Shown here piece after piece: positions 51,623-64,000 of a stretch of 64,000 nt of DNA. The notes under the pieces are model-generated. The model was given only the letters and a program-made list of their open reading frames with translations. It was not told the origin of the DNA and ran no database searches. Both the position numbers and the translations under genes were made by a program. The stretch covers positions 129,394,001 to 129,458,000 of the forward strand of contig NC_043000.1 in the NCBI RefSeq assembly GCF_006345805.1, written 5' to 3'. Each line of letters starts with the position of its first letter. Position 1 is the first letter of the stretch. The stretch comes from Octopus sinensis (lineage: Eukaryota).

Positions 51623-52087
51623 ACAATATATATATATATAATCGCATGCACGTACACATATACTATATACATTTTGAAGAAAAAATATGGAATATCAAAA
51701 TTAGAGAATGTATTTTCAACTGAAAGTTGAAAATGAAGATGAATTTAAAAAAAATATTTCAAAAATCAAAAAAAAAATCATATGCACAGAAAAAAATGAA
51801 GGAAAACAAGATGAGTGAAATCAATGCTGTCTCTTTAGTTGAAGTTAAAACAATGAAAGAGACAATAACAACAATAAAAATAATAGCAACAAAATCATCG
51901 TAATCATCATCATCATTAACGTCATGATCAGCAACAAGGAGGAAAACTCAACAGAAGCAGCTAAATATACATCACTGATATGACTGGCATGAATATGGGT
52001 TTTAGAGAGGGAAAAAAGTAACAAGACAAAAAAAAACAAAACAAATCCCTACACAAAAAAAATATCTATACTGAATTTTTACTAATC

Positions 52088-52540
52088 ATGATTATAGCTG
52101 TCGTCGTCATCATTTTAACCACCACCATCATCATCATATACATCATGTTCCTCCTCCTTCTCCTCCTCTTTCACATCATCATCATTTCAACCCTCATTAT
52201 CATCAGCAAAACCATTTCTAACCACCACCACCACCACCACCACCACCACTACCACCACCATCTTCATCATCATCAGTTTATCCACCATCAACACCATTAT
52301 CCTAATCGTCATCACCATACTCATCAAAACCATCATTATAGTCATTATGCTCCTCTTCCTCCTCCTCCTCCTCCCCCACCCTATCATCATCACGATAGTC
52401 ATCAAAACCACAGAACCATCATTATAGCCACCATGTTTCACCTCGCCATAATCCTCATCGTCGTCGTCAATGTATCCTCGTAGTCATCATAATCATCAAT
52501 GCCACCACCATCATCACCACCACCACCACACCACTAACAA
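52088..52540. repeat. (CAT/CAC/CCT)n low-complexity tract
   Basis: Direct reading. Confidence 0.9.
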
Positions 52541-53324
52541 CAATAATAGTTACAAGATAGTTATAACAGTAATATACAAATACACACTCTTTTTGATTGA
52601 CTAAACACAAATTCCCAGAATAGATTTTGGCTCAGCCATTCCGAATTGCTTTCATCCTTAATAATTTTCCTTCTTTCTTTCTTTCTTTCTTTTCTTATAG
52701 TTTCCTATTTTTTTTTCTCTCTTTGCAGACGTTCGTTATTCAACTCTTCTATAGAACTATTTTCTGCCAAAAACTTAAAAAAAAAAACACAGCACCAACA
52801 AACAAACAAACCTGAGCTGCCCGGAGCTTAACTATGATTCTAGCCTAGAGGAATGTGAGGTCTTTGTTGTTTCTTCTTTTTTTTTATTGTGTATAATATT
52901 ATATAATAACAAATGTTTAAGTGTCTCTTCAGTAAACAGAACTTACTATCTTCCAGGCAAAACTAACCTCTTGAGAGATATACAGAACATGCAGTGAAAG
53001 AAGTTTGAAATAACAGAAAAAAAAGGAATGACTAAACAAAGTAATAAAAAAAAAAATTAGATGACGAGAGGAATCTTAAAGTTGATAGATAAAAGTAAAA
53101 AGAAAACGAAGCAAAATATATTAAAATTGTTAAAATGGAAACGAGAAAAATTCTAAATCTACGAACATAAGATTTATAAAACAAATCTAAATACAGATTT
53201 TATATGCAAATTTGAAGAATGAATTAATTATGAAAAATGAGTTCATGATATGAAAATTTAGATGTATAAAAAAAAGAGAAACAAAAGGAAGGAATGAAAA
53301 CTTTAGTGAAGTAACGTTTCTTTA

Positions 53325-53650
53325 AAGGAAACAGTTGAACGTAGTAAAGTTTAAAAGAATGAATATTTGAACGTAGAAAAGTTTTATAGAATGAATATTT
53401 GAACGTAGAAAAGTTTAAAGGAATGAATATTTGAACGTAGAAAAGTTTTATAGAATGAATATTTGAACGTAGAAAAGTTTAAAGGAATGAGGATGTTAAC
53501 GTACGGAATGTTTAATGGAAAGAATGTGTTAGCGTACGAAATTACGAAAGTTTAATAGAATTGCCCGGAAAGTTTAATGGAATGAACATGTCAACATGGG
53601 AAAGTTTAAAGAATTTCAAACCTGAACGTAGAACAGAACAGTCTAAAGGA
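53325..53650. repeat. 32-bp minisatellite with decaying flanks
   Basis: gaatgaatatttgaacgtagaaaagttt(tata|aaag) about four near-perfect units plus degenerate ones. Confidence 0.9.
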
Positions 53651-54119
53651 ATGGACAAGTGAAGTAATGAAGATAACTAACAACAACTGTAATGATAAAA
53701 TTAAGTAATTTCTCCCAGTTAGTTTTTATTCAGTTGTATACCAAATTATTTCATCGAGAATACATTGCAAGAATATCGTATTTAATTACAGCTTGTAACA
53801 TATTTTGCTACCACTAGTCTTCCATATTTACCACTCTCGGTCTCTCACACACTCAATTATACACACACACACACACATATATATAAATATGTGAAAAATT
53901 CGGATCGCATTTAATTCGGCCTTCAGCCACAATTAACCGTAATTCTGTTGACTATAAACTACTCAGTAATCACCAGACAGCTTCTCTTCGGAGTTGCTTT
54001 GGCAGTATATAAGGTAGTTGCAGTCAAGAACAAATCAAGAAGTTGACGATTAGGCCAATGTCTTGGTGGGGTACATTAACTTTCCCATGCACTCATAAAT
54101 TTGTCAATAGAGTGTGTGT

Positions 54120-54530
54120 GTGTGCTCATTAAACATTGTCCCTGACCCACTTTCGGTTATTGTAGAAAATGGAACTTGTACAGGTGTAATCATACATGTC
54201 TCTACATATGACAGTGTAAATTGCAGATTTCCACTAGTATTAGTTTGTCTTTTACGGCTGCTGAGGTGGATTAAGGTGTTACAATGGAGGCAGTTGAATG
54301 CAGACCAGTGATCAAGTTCTTATTCTTGAAAGATCGTACACCAAAAGAGACTTTCGATGAAATGAAAGAAGTTCATGGTGACGATGCACCATCATACGAT
54401 GTAGTCAAGCACTGACATCGCTAGTTCAAATGTAGTTGGACATTGGTGGAAACTGCTCCTATTCCTGGACGGCCACATTCCGCCATTGATGATGATGATA
54501 CCATCCATAAGGGGAAACCGCCACTTAATC
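54120..54530 (+). pseudogene. Mariner transposase N-terminal remnant
   Basis: From ATG 54284: MEAVECRPVIKFLFLKDRTPKETFDEMKEVHGDDAPSYDVVKH*HR*FKC..VETAPIPGRPHSAI, the mariner HTH and GRP linker pattern. Confidence 0.85.
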
Positions 54531-54599
54531 GTATTAATCAAAATGCACAGCATTTCAGTCGATCTTACCAATCGATTTCGCACTAAGGTTTTTCAACCG

Positions 54600-54870
54600 G
54601 ATGTCAGATTGGCAGAAATGGTTATATAATACTGTACACTTCGGTGTGAGTTCGATTCCCAGATCGGATTGTATGTTTTGTTCGTGAGCAAGATACTTTA
54701 TTTCATGCTGTTCCAGTTCACTCAGCTGTAGAAATGAGCTGCGACGTCACTGGTGCCAAGCTGTATCAGCCTTTGCCTTTCCCTTGGATAACATCAGTGG
54801 CGTGGAGAGGAGGAGGCTGGTATGCGTGAGCGACTGCTGGTTTTCTGCAGACTTGTGCCTCGAATGGGGT
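54600..54870 (+). mobile_element. SINE family D (tRNA head, CORE-like body, distinct tail)
   Basis: gagttcgattccc..cactcagctgtagaaatgagctgcgacgtcactggtgccaagctg..; the reverse complement of the tail is at 59128-59330. Confidence 0.75.
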
Positions 54871-54954
54871 CTTTATATACATATGAATATAAACAAAATA
54901 CGCGCAAACACACTCTCACATACATACATACATACTCACACATGTGTGTGCACT

Positions 54955-54999
<45 letters not shown>

Positions 55000-55819
55000 T
55001 AAGATTTATCGTTGACCGACGCTCAGTTGTCAGAACCCGAAAATTTTGCTTGAAACGAGGTTTTCTGAAACACTTTCTAAATGAGACATTCTTCGAACTA
55101 TGAGCATCAACTCCTCGTTGTTTCCCGTTGAAAATTTTCTTATTCGAAGAATTTAATGAAATTTCTACATACCTTGCCGTACATTTGATCGTTATATTGA
55201 TGTGGCAGTACTGGCGGTCCTAAATATGGAGCCATATCTTTTTCAAGTCCTCCTGTGCAACGAGTTAAATTGGCCTTCTTTTGACAGCAGCTATCTGGTA
55301 TATATTTGATTTTGTCATCTGAAATATATAAATATTTAAAAAGATGAGAATGAAAAGAAATTACTGCAAAAGACTTTTCTCAAGTTCCAAATGTGATATT
55401 GCTTTCGATATCTACGTTCCAACAACGACGATTTGAAAAAAATGTCAGTCATTGTAACCAAATAATTATGCTGTATGACAAACTGTAAAATCAAAAGAAA
55501 AATTTGATGATGTATTAGTCTGTATTCTTTATGATTGTTTGAAAAAAAAATATGTGTGTGTGTGTGTGTGAAGTATATTTGCCACTTAAATGTGGCTAAC
55601 CACTAAGGGTGGATGCTACTGTAGCTTGTAGCCCCAGGAGAACATCTTCTCCAGCTGGCTATTGACACACTTTCTGTGCCCTATCAATATTTACAAAGGG
55701 AAGCTATCCTCCCCATCGTCGATCTGACGTGATATGCACGGACCCGAGTTTCTGGGTATTTAAGTGGCAAATATACTTCACATTGACGTGCAGCTACTGT
55801 TTATACCTCGTTCAGAGAT

Positions 55820-55840
55820 TAATTATATATATACATACAT

Positions 55841-55898
<58 letters not shown>

Positions 55899-55962
55899 CA
55901 TGTATACATACACGCATACATGCATACATACATACATACATACATACATACTACATACATAC

Positions 55963-56005
<43 letters not shown>

Positions 56006-56130
56006 CATACATACATATATACATACATATATACATATATACATACATATATACATACATACATACATATATACATACATATATACATACATACATACAT
56101 ATATACATACATACATATATACATACATAT

Positions 56131-56189
<59 letters not shown>

Positions 56190-56190
56190 T
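55820..56190. repeat. (TA)n/(TACA)n tract
   Basis: Direct reading. Confidence 0.95.
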
Positions 56191-56562
56191 CAACAACATG
56201 AAATTTGTGCGTCACAAGATATATAACCAGATGAAATTTATGCGTTACAAGATATATTAATTTTGTTTCCTTTATAGTGTTGTACAACGATTTCATGTAG
56301 ATGTATAAACATTCTGGCTTACTTTGTATGAATCTATTTCAAACAATAACTGTTACACATTTCATTATAAATATTCTTGGCCGTTTGGAACACTCTATCC
56401 TTTCTTTGTTTTGCTTTAATCATCAGGGCTAAGATTATACTGAAGCACCTCTCTTTTAGAGAAAGTTCTCTATGTGAAGATTATCTATCTTATAAAAGAT
56501 TGGGAGAACGTGCTTGTTGAATTCGATGAGACACAGCATAAACCAGTAGTTATATATATCTT

Positions 56563-56938
56563 TTCTTTTTTATTTGTTTCAGTCATTAGAGTGCGGCCAT
56601 ATTGTGGTATAGCCTTGAAGAATTTTAGTCAAGCGTATCTACCCCAGTACATTTTTTAACGCCTGATACTTATTCTATCGGTCTGTTTTGCTGAACCGCT
56701 ACTTAACGGAGACATATGCACACCAATACTAGTTGTCAAATGATGAGGGGGGGGGACAAATACACCCATTACACACATATACATATATACGACGAGCGTC
56801 TTTTCCGTTTTCGTCTACTAAATTTACCAAGTTTGGATCAGTTCGAAGTTGTAGTAAAAAAAAAAACACTTGCCCAAGGGGCCACACAGTGAGACTGAAC
56901 TCAGAACCATGGGGTTAGATAACAATCTTCTTACCACA
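56563..56938 (-). mobile_element. Degenerate SINE family A
   Basis: Diverged consensus motifs. Confidence 0.7.
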
Positions 56939-56989
56939 GAAAGTTGGAGCAGTGAATTCTTTCTTCTTGCAATCCCAATTAAAATCGAT

Positions 56990-57345
56990 TGGATGTCGTC
57001 AGAGTGACAACAGAATTTTAAAAGTGCTTGTGTATAGCCAGCTCCATAATGGAAAGAGAAGCGTAGGGAGAATACGGTAAAGATAAAAGGACAAGTTTAA
57101 AGCTCAAATGAAAGTGACAAAGATTCTCCTCAAAACATTTGAATAAACTGCACTGAATCGCAACGAATATAGGTTAACCTGATGTAAAGTAAAAAAGAAC
57201 TATGAATTGGGCTGTCTGTGAGCAAATTCAAAGTCTCCAGCTAACTTGCAAGCCACTTTGTACGGCAATTCTTTCTGATGTCCTATCTGTGAACTTATCA
57301 CTGAATCGTTGGCTGGATTAAAGTCTCACTGGAGGCATAGACATC
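56990..57345 (+). pseudogene. RTE-type LINE 3' end
   Basis: DNRILKVLVYSQLHNGKRSVGRIR*R*KDKFKAQMK..KTFE*TALNR and terminal ..LAGLKSHWRH. Confidence 0.7.
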
Positions 57346-58007
57346 AGAGCTAAAATAAAATAAAATAAACAAGCTAAAGATGCTGTTAGATTTACATACG
57401 TCGAAATCCATTACACACACACATCGTTTCATTTGAATGCACACGTAGCTATAAATATATGTATTGCAGCGTCAGAACACTTGTTACTTGTCAGATGCAA
57501 CATCGCAATAAAGCTGAACAGTGAATGATAAGCAGTGAATCACTGAACAACAAATGATATAACCACTACTTGCATATTGAATTGCAAGAAATAGCAGCCA
57601 AGTGTCTCTCTAATTACACATTTCTGTTCTATAAAATAGGACACATTGGAAATAAACTACCTGTAAGGTTACATTATATCTGAAAAGAGTGAATGGTCAC
57701 GGTTAGAATACCTGCAATTATAAGTATGTCCTGGGTGTAAATATCGACTGACGATTTACTTTGTAGAGCTGACTGTAACTCCACTCATAAGAAGAGTTTG
57801 TTAAAGAAGATCTACGTTTGCCTGTCGAGGCCTTCGCTGGTGCTTATCCAGATCAGTTTTACTTGTTGATTTATTAGACTAGCTATCGTTGGCCAAAACC
57901 TCAAGCATGCAAACACACACACAGACACTTATAAATATTAGTTTTTGTGTATGTATGCACTCAGTTTTTTTTAAATAGAGATGTAACAACTAAATGTTTA
58001 TTCATAA

Positions 58008-58059
<52 letters not shown>

Positions 58060-58754
58060 AGGAGAGGAGGAGGGAAGGAGAGAAAGTGTGATACATGCAC
58101 ACACACACATATGTATTATATATACTACCTTCTAGAAGTTCAAAATAACTTAAAGAATATTCTTCAGTCATAAGATAAGCTCTACTACCTTAATGTTCTT
58201 AAAATTCAAATCGACATCTTTGTCTATATATCTACCTTCTCTATAATGTTATCAATTAATATGAAAATTATGTATTAATGGAAAACCTCTGTAAATGGCT
58301 GATGATTGCTCAACTTTTTAAAACTGTTGTAATACTTACAATATTTAATAAAATGATGTAGCGTGAAACGATAGTACCAAATTACCGGCGATATTGTTGC
58401 TTATTTTTATTATAATCACCCCATGGATTTATATGGATAACACCATACAAAATTCTGGTGCATCTAACTTAAGTACTATATTCATTTGAATCTAAATTTT
58501 ACTGAACTTATATCTATATATTTATATATATACGAGTACAACTGCATATGTGTGTGTGTACATGTGTGTGTGTGTGTGCTTGCATGAACGCATACATACA
58601 TTCAAATATTCACAAATAACAACTAATGCTTATATCTAGAAATATTCAGGCAAAGCAATGTTGTTCGATATCCATGCATAGTGTTGACAGGAATAGAGAC
58701 AATGTAGCAGAGGAAAACTCGAAGATGCGAGGATAGAGAGAAACACTATAGGTG

Positions 58755-58786
<32 letters not shown>

Positions 58787-59127
58787 ATGGTAGAGGAAAA
58801 TATGTGGGAAAACTAGGTCCTTTCCGAGCATTCATGCAGAAACAATTGCAAGGCTTTGTCCCTCAACCGTAAACAATCCGCAAAGAAATTAAACTGATTT
58901 TAGTTTTCATATCATACTCACATTTGCCAATATGTATACATGCTTATATATTTATAGGAATACATACTTACGTACTCAGGTAATCATGATACACACGCGC
59001 GCGCACACACAGGCACATATATAAGAAAAAACAATGCATCCTCCTCACGGCCTCCCTTCAGATATTTAGAAATACACAAGGAATCCTAAATACTGATTAT
59101 TTGTATTGCAGTTTAATTTTTAAATCG

Positions 59128-59612
59128 CACCTGTGACCCCCTTCGGTCATGAATGACCATGGGATTGCACCTAGAAAGTTACCCTCCGAGCACAAGTCTG
59201 GGCAAGGTTATTTATGGAAGACCAGCAGTCGCCCATGCATACTGGCCTCCTCTCTCCACGCCACCAGTGTTAACCAAGGGAAAGGCAACAGCAGACTCAG
59301 CTTGGCACCAGTGACGTCGCAGCTCATTTATTAACGTGCAAGTGGTTGAGCACTCCACAGACATGTGTACCCTTAACATAGTTCTCGGGGAGATTCAGCG
59401 TGACACAGAGTGTGACAAGGCTGGCCCTTTGAAATACAGGTACAACATAAACAGGAAGAAAGAGTGAGAGAAAGTTGTGGTGAAAGATTACAACAGGATT
59501 CACCCCACCCATGCCGGAGCCTCGTGGAGCTTTTGGTGTTTTCGCTCAATAAACACTCACAATGCCGGTTCTGGGAATCGAAACCGCAATCCTACGACCG
59601 GGCCATTGCGCC
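59128..59612 (-). mobile_element. Composite SINE stack: family C head/body, a middle domain and family D tail
   Basis: 59460-59612 family C; 59330-59450 a separate domain; 59128-59330 matches the 54730-54870 tail. Confidence 0.7.
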
Positions 59613-60335
59613 CCCACTAAATCGCTCTATACATACATAAATACATACATATATGCATGAATACCTACCTACCTACCTACCTACCTACATGAATGCATAT
59701 ATACATGCGTGCATACTTACATAATGTATGCATACCTATATACATAAATGCATATATACATGCATGTATATACTTGCACTCACACATACACACACACAGA
59801 TATACACATGTATATAATCTGGCGCAGGGGGACGTATGGAATAACAGAAAAACAACATATAACAGACGTGGATAAGCTTCAAATTAATCATCAGTTATCA
59901 ACCAAACATCACCGCCATTTCGCTACCTACGATTATATTCTTCAATTCAGCGTTGTCAGCAAGAAAATCTGGTGAGGTAAAAACGGGCGAACTTGAAAGA
60001 TGAATGCAACAGATAAAAATGAGTTAGATTCAATAACAAAAAAAAATAAAAGAAGAGGTCTCTAGACTGGACGGTAAATAAAGACGAGTTGCGAAGAGAA
60101 TAGGAAAAATATAGCAAAAAGAAATAAAAAAAAAGCATACGCAAGGGCAGAAACAGAAAAATATGTAAACGGAAAAAAATTTCTTGTGACAAGGGACATA
60201 AATTAAACGTTTTCGTGTGTAGTAATGCTGATGGGAAAGAGGTAATCTTTTGGACTTGGAAAAATATAACAAGGATATATTGTTATGGAAAAAAAAGGTA
60301 AATGGAAAGATAATAGAGAGGTAGAAAGATATATA

Positions 60336-60388
<53 letters not shown>

Positions 60389-60665
60389 GGAGAGAGAGCT
60401 AGTAATGAGAAAGAAAGCTAGCCTTTAAAACATTTTTAGAATGATGAAAAAACCGCGGGCTGCATAAAATCTCATACAAGTCAGGGACTGCAAAAGAAGC
60501 AGCTACCACGAGCGCGGTCAACACGAAAACAATAAATGATACAAATAGACCGGTTGGCCACATGGTGCTTTTAAAAACGGTGAGAAGGAAAGGATACTAC
60601 TACTATATATAAGATTTCCTTATAGCCAACATTTTTTTATCTCACCCCAGAGTATCTCGAGTAAC

Positions 60666-60783
60666 CATACAGGACTTACAGTCAATGATTTCAAAGAAAG
60701 ATTCGTCCAGCATTTGAATTCTACCACATCTGTGTACAGACAAAATTACACATTCTTTGTCTGTTTTATATGGAAGATCTGAC
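60666..60783 (+). pseudogene. PLE GIY-YIG fragment
   Basis: HTGLTVNDFKERFVQHLNS..FIWKI*. Confidence 0.55.
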
Positions 60784-60899
60784 ATCAGGGAGATGTTCCG
60801 AAAGGGAAACTTGAGATCAACGTGCAGAGAATCGGAACAAACATTAGGGAGATGTTTCGAAAGGGAAAGTTGAAATCAAGGTGCAGAGAACCGGAACAA
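60782..60899 (+). repeat. 59-bp tandem duplication
   Basis: acatcaggggagatgttccgaaagggaaac.. and acattagggagatgtttcgaaagggaaag.. at period 59. Confidence 0.9.
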
Positions 60900-61089
60900 A
60901 TACCACGGCGCATTTCATCAGACGCACTAACGGCTCTGCCAATTCAACACCATTTATAGCTAACTTTTAAGTATCCATATTCTTTCTTCCCGATATACGC
61001 CAGCTTTTATATTCTATGAAGAACTTCCTACCAACACATGGCTCATACACACACGCAGATATACAAACGCGAAATTTCATTTATTCTGT

Positions 61090-61460
61090 TACTGTTTTAC
61101 TCATTTGTTTACTTCAGTCATTGGACTGCGGCCATCAGCTGGGTCATAACCTTGAAGGGTTCGGTCGATCAAACTGACGCCAGTACTTATTTGAAGACTG
61201 GTGCGTATTTTATCGACTTCTTTTCGCAGAACTGTTAGGGTGTGGGAACGTAAACATACCAACGCCGGTTGTCAAGTGTTGGGAGATAAACACAAAAACA
61301 CAAATGCATACACGCACACACATGACAGGCTTTAGCACACATTCTGATTTCAAAATCTCCTCATAAAGAATCGGTCAACCCGGAGCTTTAGAAGCGAACA
61401 CTTGCTTAAGTGACACAAAGCGCAAGGGAACTCAAAGCCGTGTGATTTTGAAGCAATTTT
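61090..61460 (-). mobile_element. Degenerate SINE family A
   Basis: Diverged consensus motifs. Confidence 0.65.
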
Positions 61461-62487
61461 CATTGCCACATAGTCGTAGTATTTCAAAATACACCAGGAA
61501 AGTATAATAAAAACATGAATTTAACTAATGTACTCGATAAAACTAGCTACAGAATGATGTAATATAATATATGTAGACTGACTGAATGAAGAAAAATGAG
61601 CCTGTACACACAAACACACACACACGTTCTCAGGGCACTAAATGACTTGTTTACTGTAGCGATGGGTATATTACGTACATACATTACACAAACACTGCAT
61701 ATATAATACACAAAAAGGCACACACATAGGAATACAAGGTTACGTAAGTATACGTACACTTAAACATACAAAAATGTATATATATTCAACCCGCTGGTCA
61801 CTAATATAATCTTAAACCATTAAATTAGAACTAGAAAACCTGGTTTAGACTTGAACAGTATTTGTGAACGTGTTACTGCTTATACAACAAATTATTCATT
61901 AGGCTTGGTATAAAATATAAAATTATATAATTTAAATGTAGTACATAGCAACTCAAAAATTAATATAATTCTTAACGATTTATTATGCTATTGCTTCTCA
62001 AAGCAGCTATTTTTAGCTACATCACACAACCTTTTCAACTATAACGGTTATAGACTGACTTTAACCGGAAAAATAACTTAACAACCTTGATCTTAACAGT
62101 CTCACCAATACAATATAATTTAGACACGAAATATAAAGACTTACCACAACCAGCCATGCATACACACTATACTGATTTCATATTTGATAGTACACGTTAT
62201 TAGCACACCACCCTTTCACGACAATATATTTCTTCATTAATGCTATATATTTTTCCCATTTTAAGTCCTATATTTTCTGTTTATTACTTTTTTTTAAAAC
62301 TTTAACGTTTTATTTTCTCCTATCCACTCCACCTTTACTGCTTTGATTAATCCTTTACTCTGACATTTGTTGAATATATAACCATCAGCGTCAGGTTCAT
62401 CTCACCATCTCTGTTCTACGCTATTACAACCCCAATAGACCAAGTACATCTTTGTCTGTCTGTATGTTTGTCCATTCGTCCGTCTTC

Positions 62488-62562
<75 letters not shown>

Positions 62563-63562
62563 CATATCTGTCTGTCTGCCTGCCTGCCTGCCTGCCTGCC
62601 TACCTACCTATCTATCTATAAAGTAGATGCTGGATTAAAAAAATCTAGCGGAACTCACGGTAAGTACATCCGGAATGCGGTCTGATGATTAATTTTCTCT
62701 TCTGTACATCCTATATAACTATATTATTGTATTGTATATGTATGTGCATATATGTATACATACACACACACGCACACATATAGTGCATGTATAAATATAT
62801 ATATATATATAATATATATATATATATACATACACACACACGCACACATATAGTGCATGTATATATATATTATATATAATATAGATATATATATATATAT
62901 ATATATATCAAAGCAGTTGAGTAAATTATGAAACAGCTGTAACCACTACGGAAATATTTAACATTTCTTTGCCTTTCACATCTGAGTAGTGCTTATATAT
63001 ATATATATATATATTATATTATATTATATATATATACATACATATACAAGAGAGGAGAGAGAGAGTGAGAAAGAAAGAAAGAGAGAGTGAGAGGGTAGAA
63101 AGAGAGAAGGAGAAAGAGAGATTAGATTAACAAGTTGGCAACTACTTGACCGGTCTGTTGAGAGTGGATACTTGTGTGTGTGTGTTTATGTGTACATATA
63201 CATACATAACTTTGTATATGTTTGCGTATTATACGTTGTATGTGTCATATATATATATGAGTAACATGCATGGCTCTACTTAAGCAAGTGATTGTCGTGA
63301 ACTATGATTGTCTCCCTCTGTGGACGAGTCTTAAAAGTTACAAAACTGAATGGAAAATAACCCTTATAGAAAAACTATTAAATTATTGGACTTTTTAAAA
63401 GTGAAAGTGCTTTGTACATGGCGGAACGAGAACAAATACAATCCCAAGAAGGAGACTATATGTGTATTTTACACATCGCAGCTTGGGTATAGTGATCTAT
63501 CAGTTAAAAATCAGGGATACATATGTGAAATGATTTATTGGTGTGTACACACACATATGTAT

Positions 63563-63976
63563 ACTCTTTATCCTTTACTCTTTTACTTGTTTCAGTCATT
63601 TGACTGCGGCCATGCTGGAGCACCGCCTTTAGTCGAGCAAATCGACCCCGGGACTTATTCTTTGTAAGCCCAGTACTTATTCTATCGGTCTCTTTTTGCC
63701 GAACCGCTAAGAGACGGGGACATAAACACACCAGCATCGGTTGTCAAGCAATGCTAGGAGGACAAACACAGACACACAAACACGCACACACATATATATA
63801 TATACATATATACGACAGGCTTCTTTCAGTTTCCGTCTACCAAATCCACTCACAAGGCATTGGTCGGCCCGGGGCTATAGCAGAAGACACTTGCCCAAGA
63901 TGCCACACAGTGGGACTGAACCCGGAACCATGTGGTTGGTTAGCAAGCTACTTACCACACAGCCACTCCTGCGCCT
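63563..63976 (-). mobile_element. SINE family A, near full length
   Basis: Consensus match. Confidence 0.92.
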
Positions 63977-64000
63977 ATATTCATATATATACATACACCA

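Noticed and set aside
52088-52483. His/Pro-rich 131-aa ORF
   Set aside because: (CAC/CAT/CCT)n low-complexity sequence.
53325-53500. CRISPR-like regular repeat
   Set aside because: No unique spacers, eukaryotic context, no cas genes.

Overview
AT-rich, microsatellite-dense eukaryotic DNA. Its SINE families look like those of Octopus (cephalopod); this is recognition from memory, not a database hit. No intact protein-coding gene, tRNA, rRNA or CRISPR array is supported, and almost all ORFs in the supplied track are read-throughs of microsatellites or SINEs. The window is a layered record of mobile DNA: at least four tRNA-headed SINE families, decayed LINE fragments (L1/Tx1-like ORF1 and RT, CR1/L2-like RT, RTE), Penelope-like element (PLE) RT and GIY-YIG fragments, a mariner transposase remnant, several MITEs and a Helitron-like element. 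There is one 100-N gap. The most interesting signal is a set of type I hammerhead ribozyme folds in short elements whose 3' ends abut (TA)n tracts. Three are well formed (9807-9848 minus, 10287-10356 plus, 49257-49291 plus) and one is degenerate (45969-46010 minus). Also notable are two ORF1-only (HAL1-like) retroelement remnants, three locally templated fold-back insertions inside SINEs, a ~400-bp foldback, and a few isolated exon-like segments.
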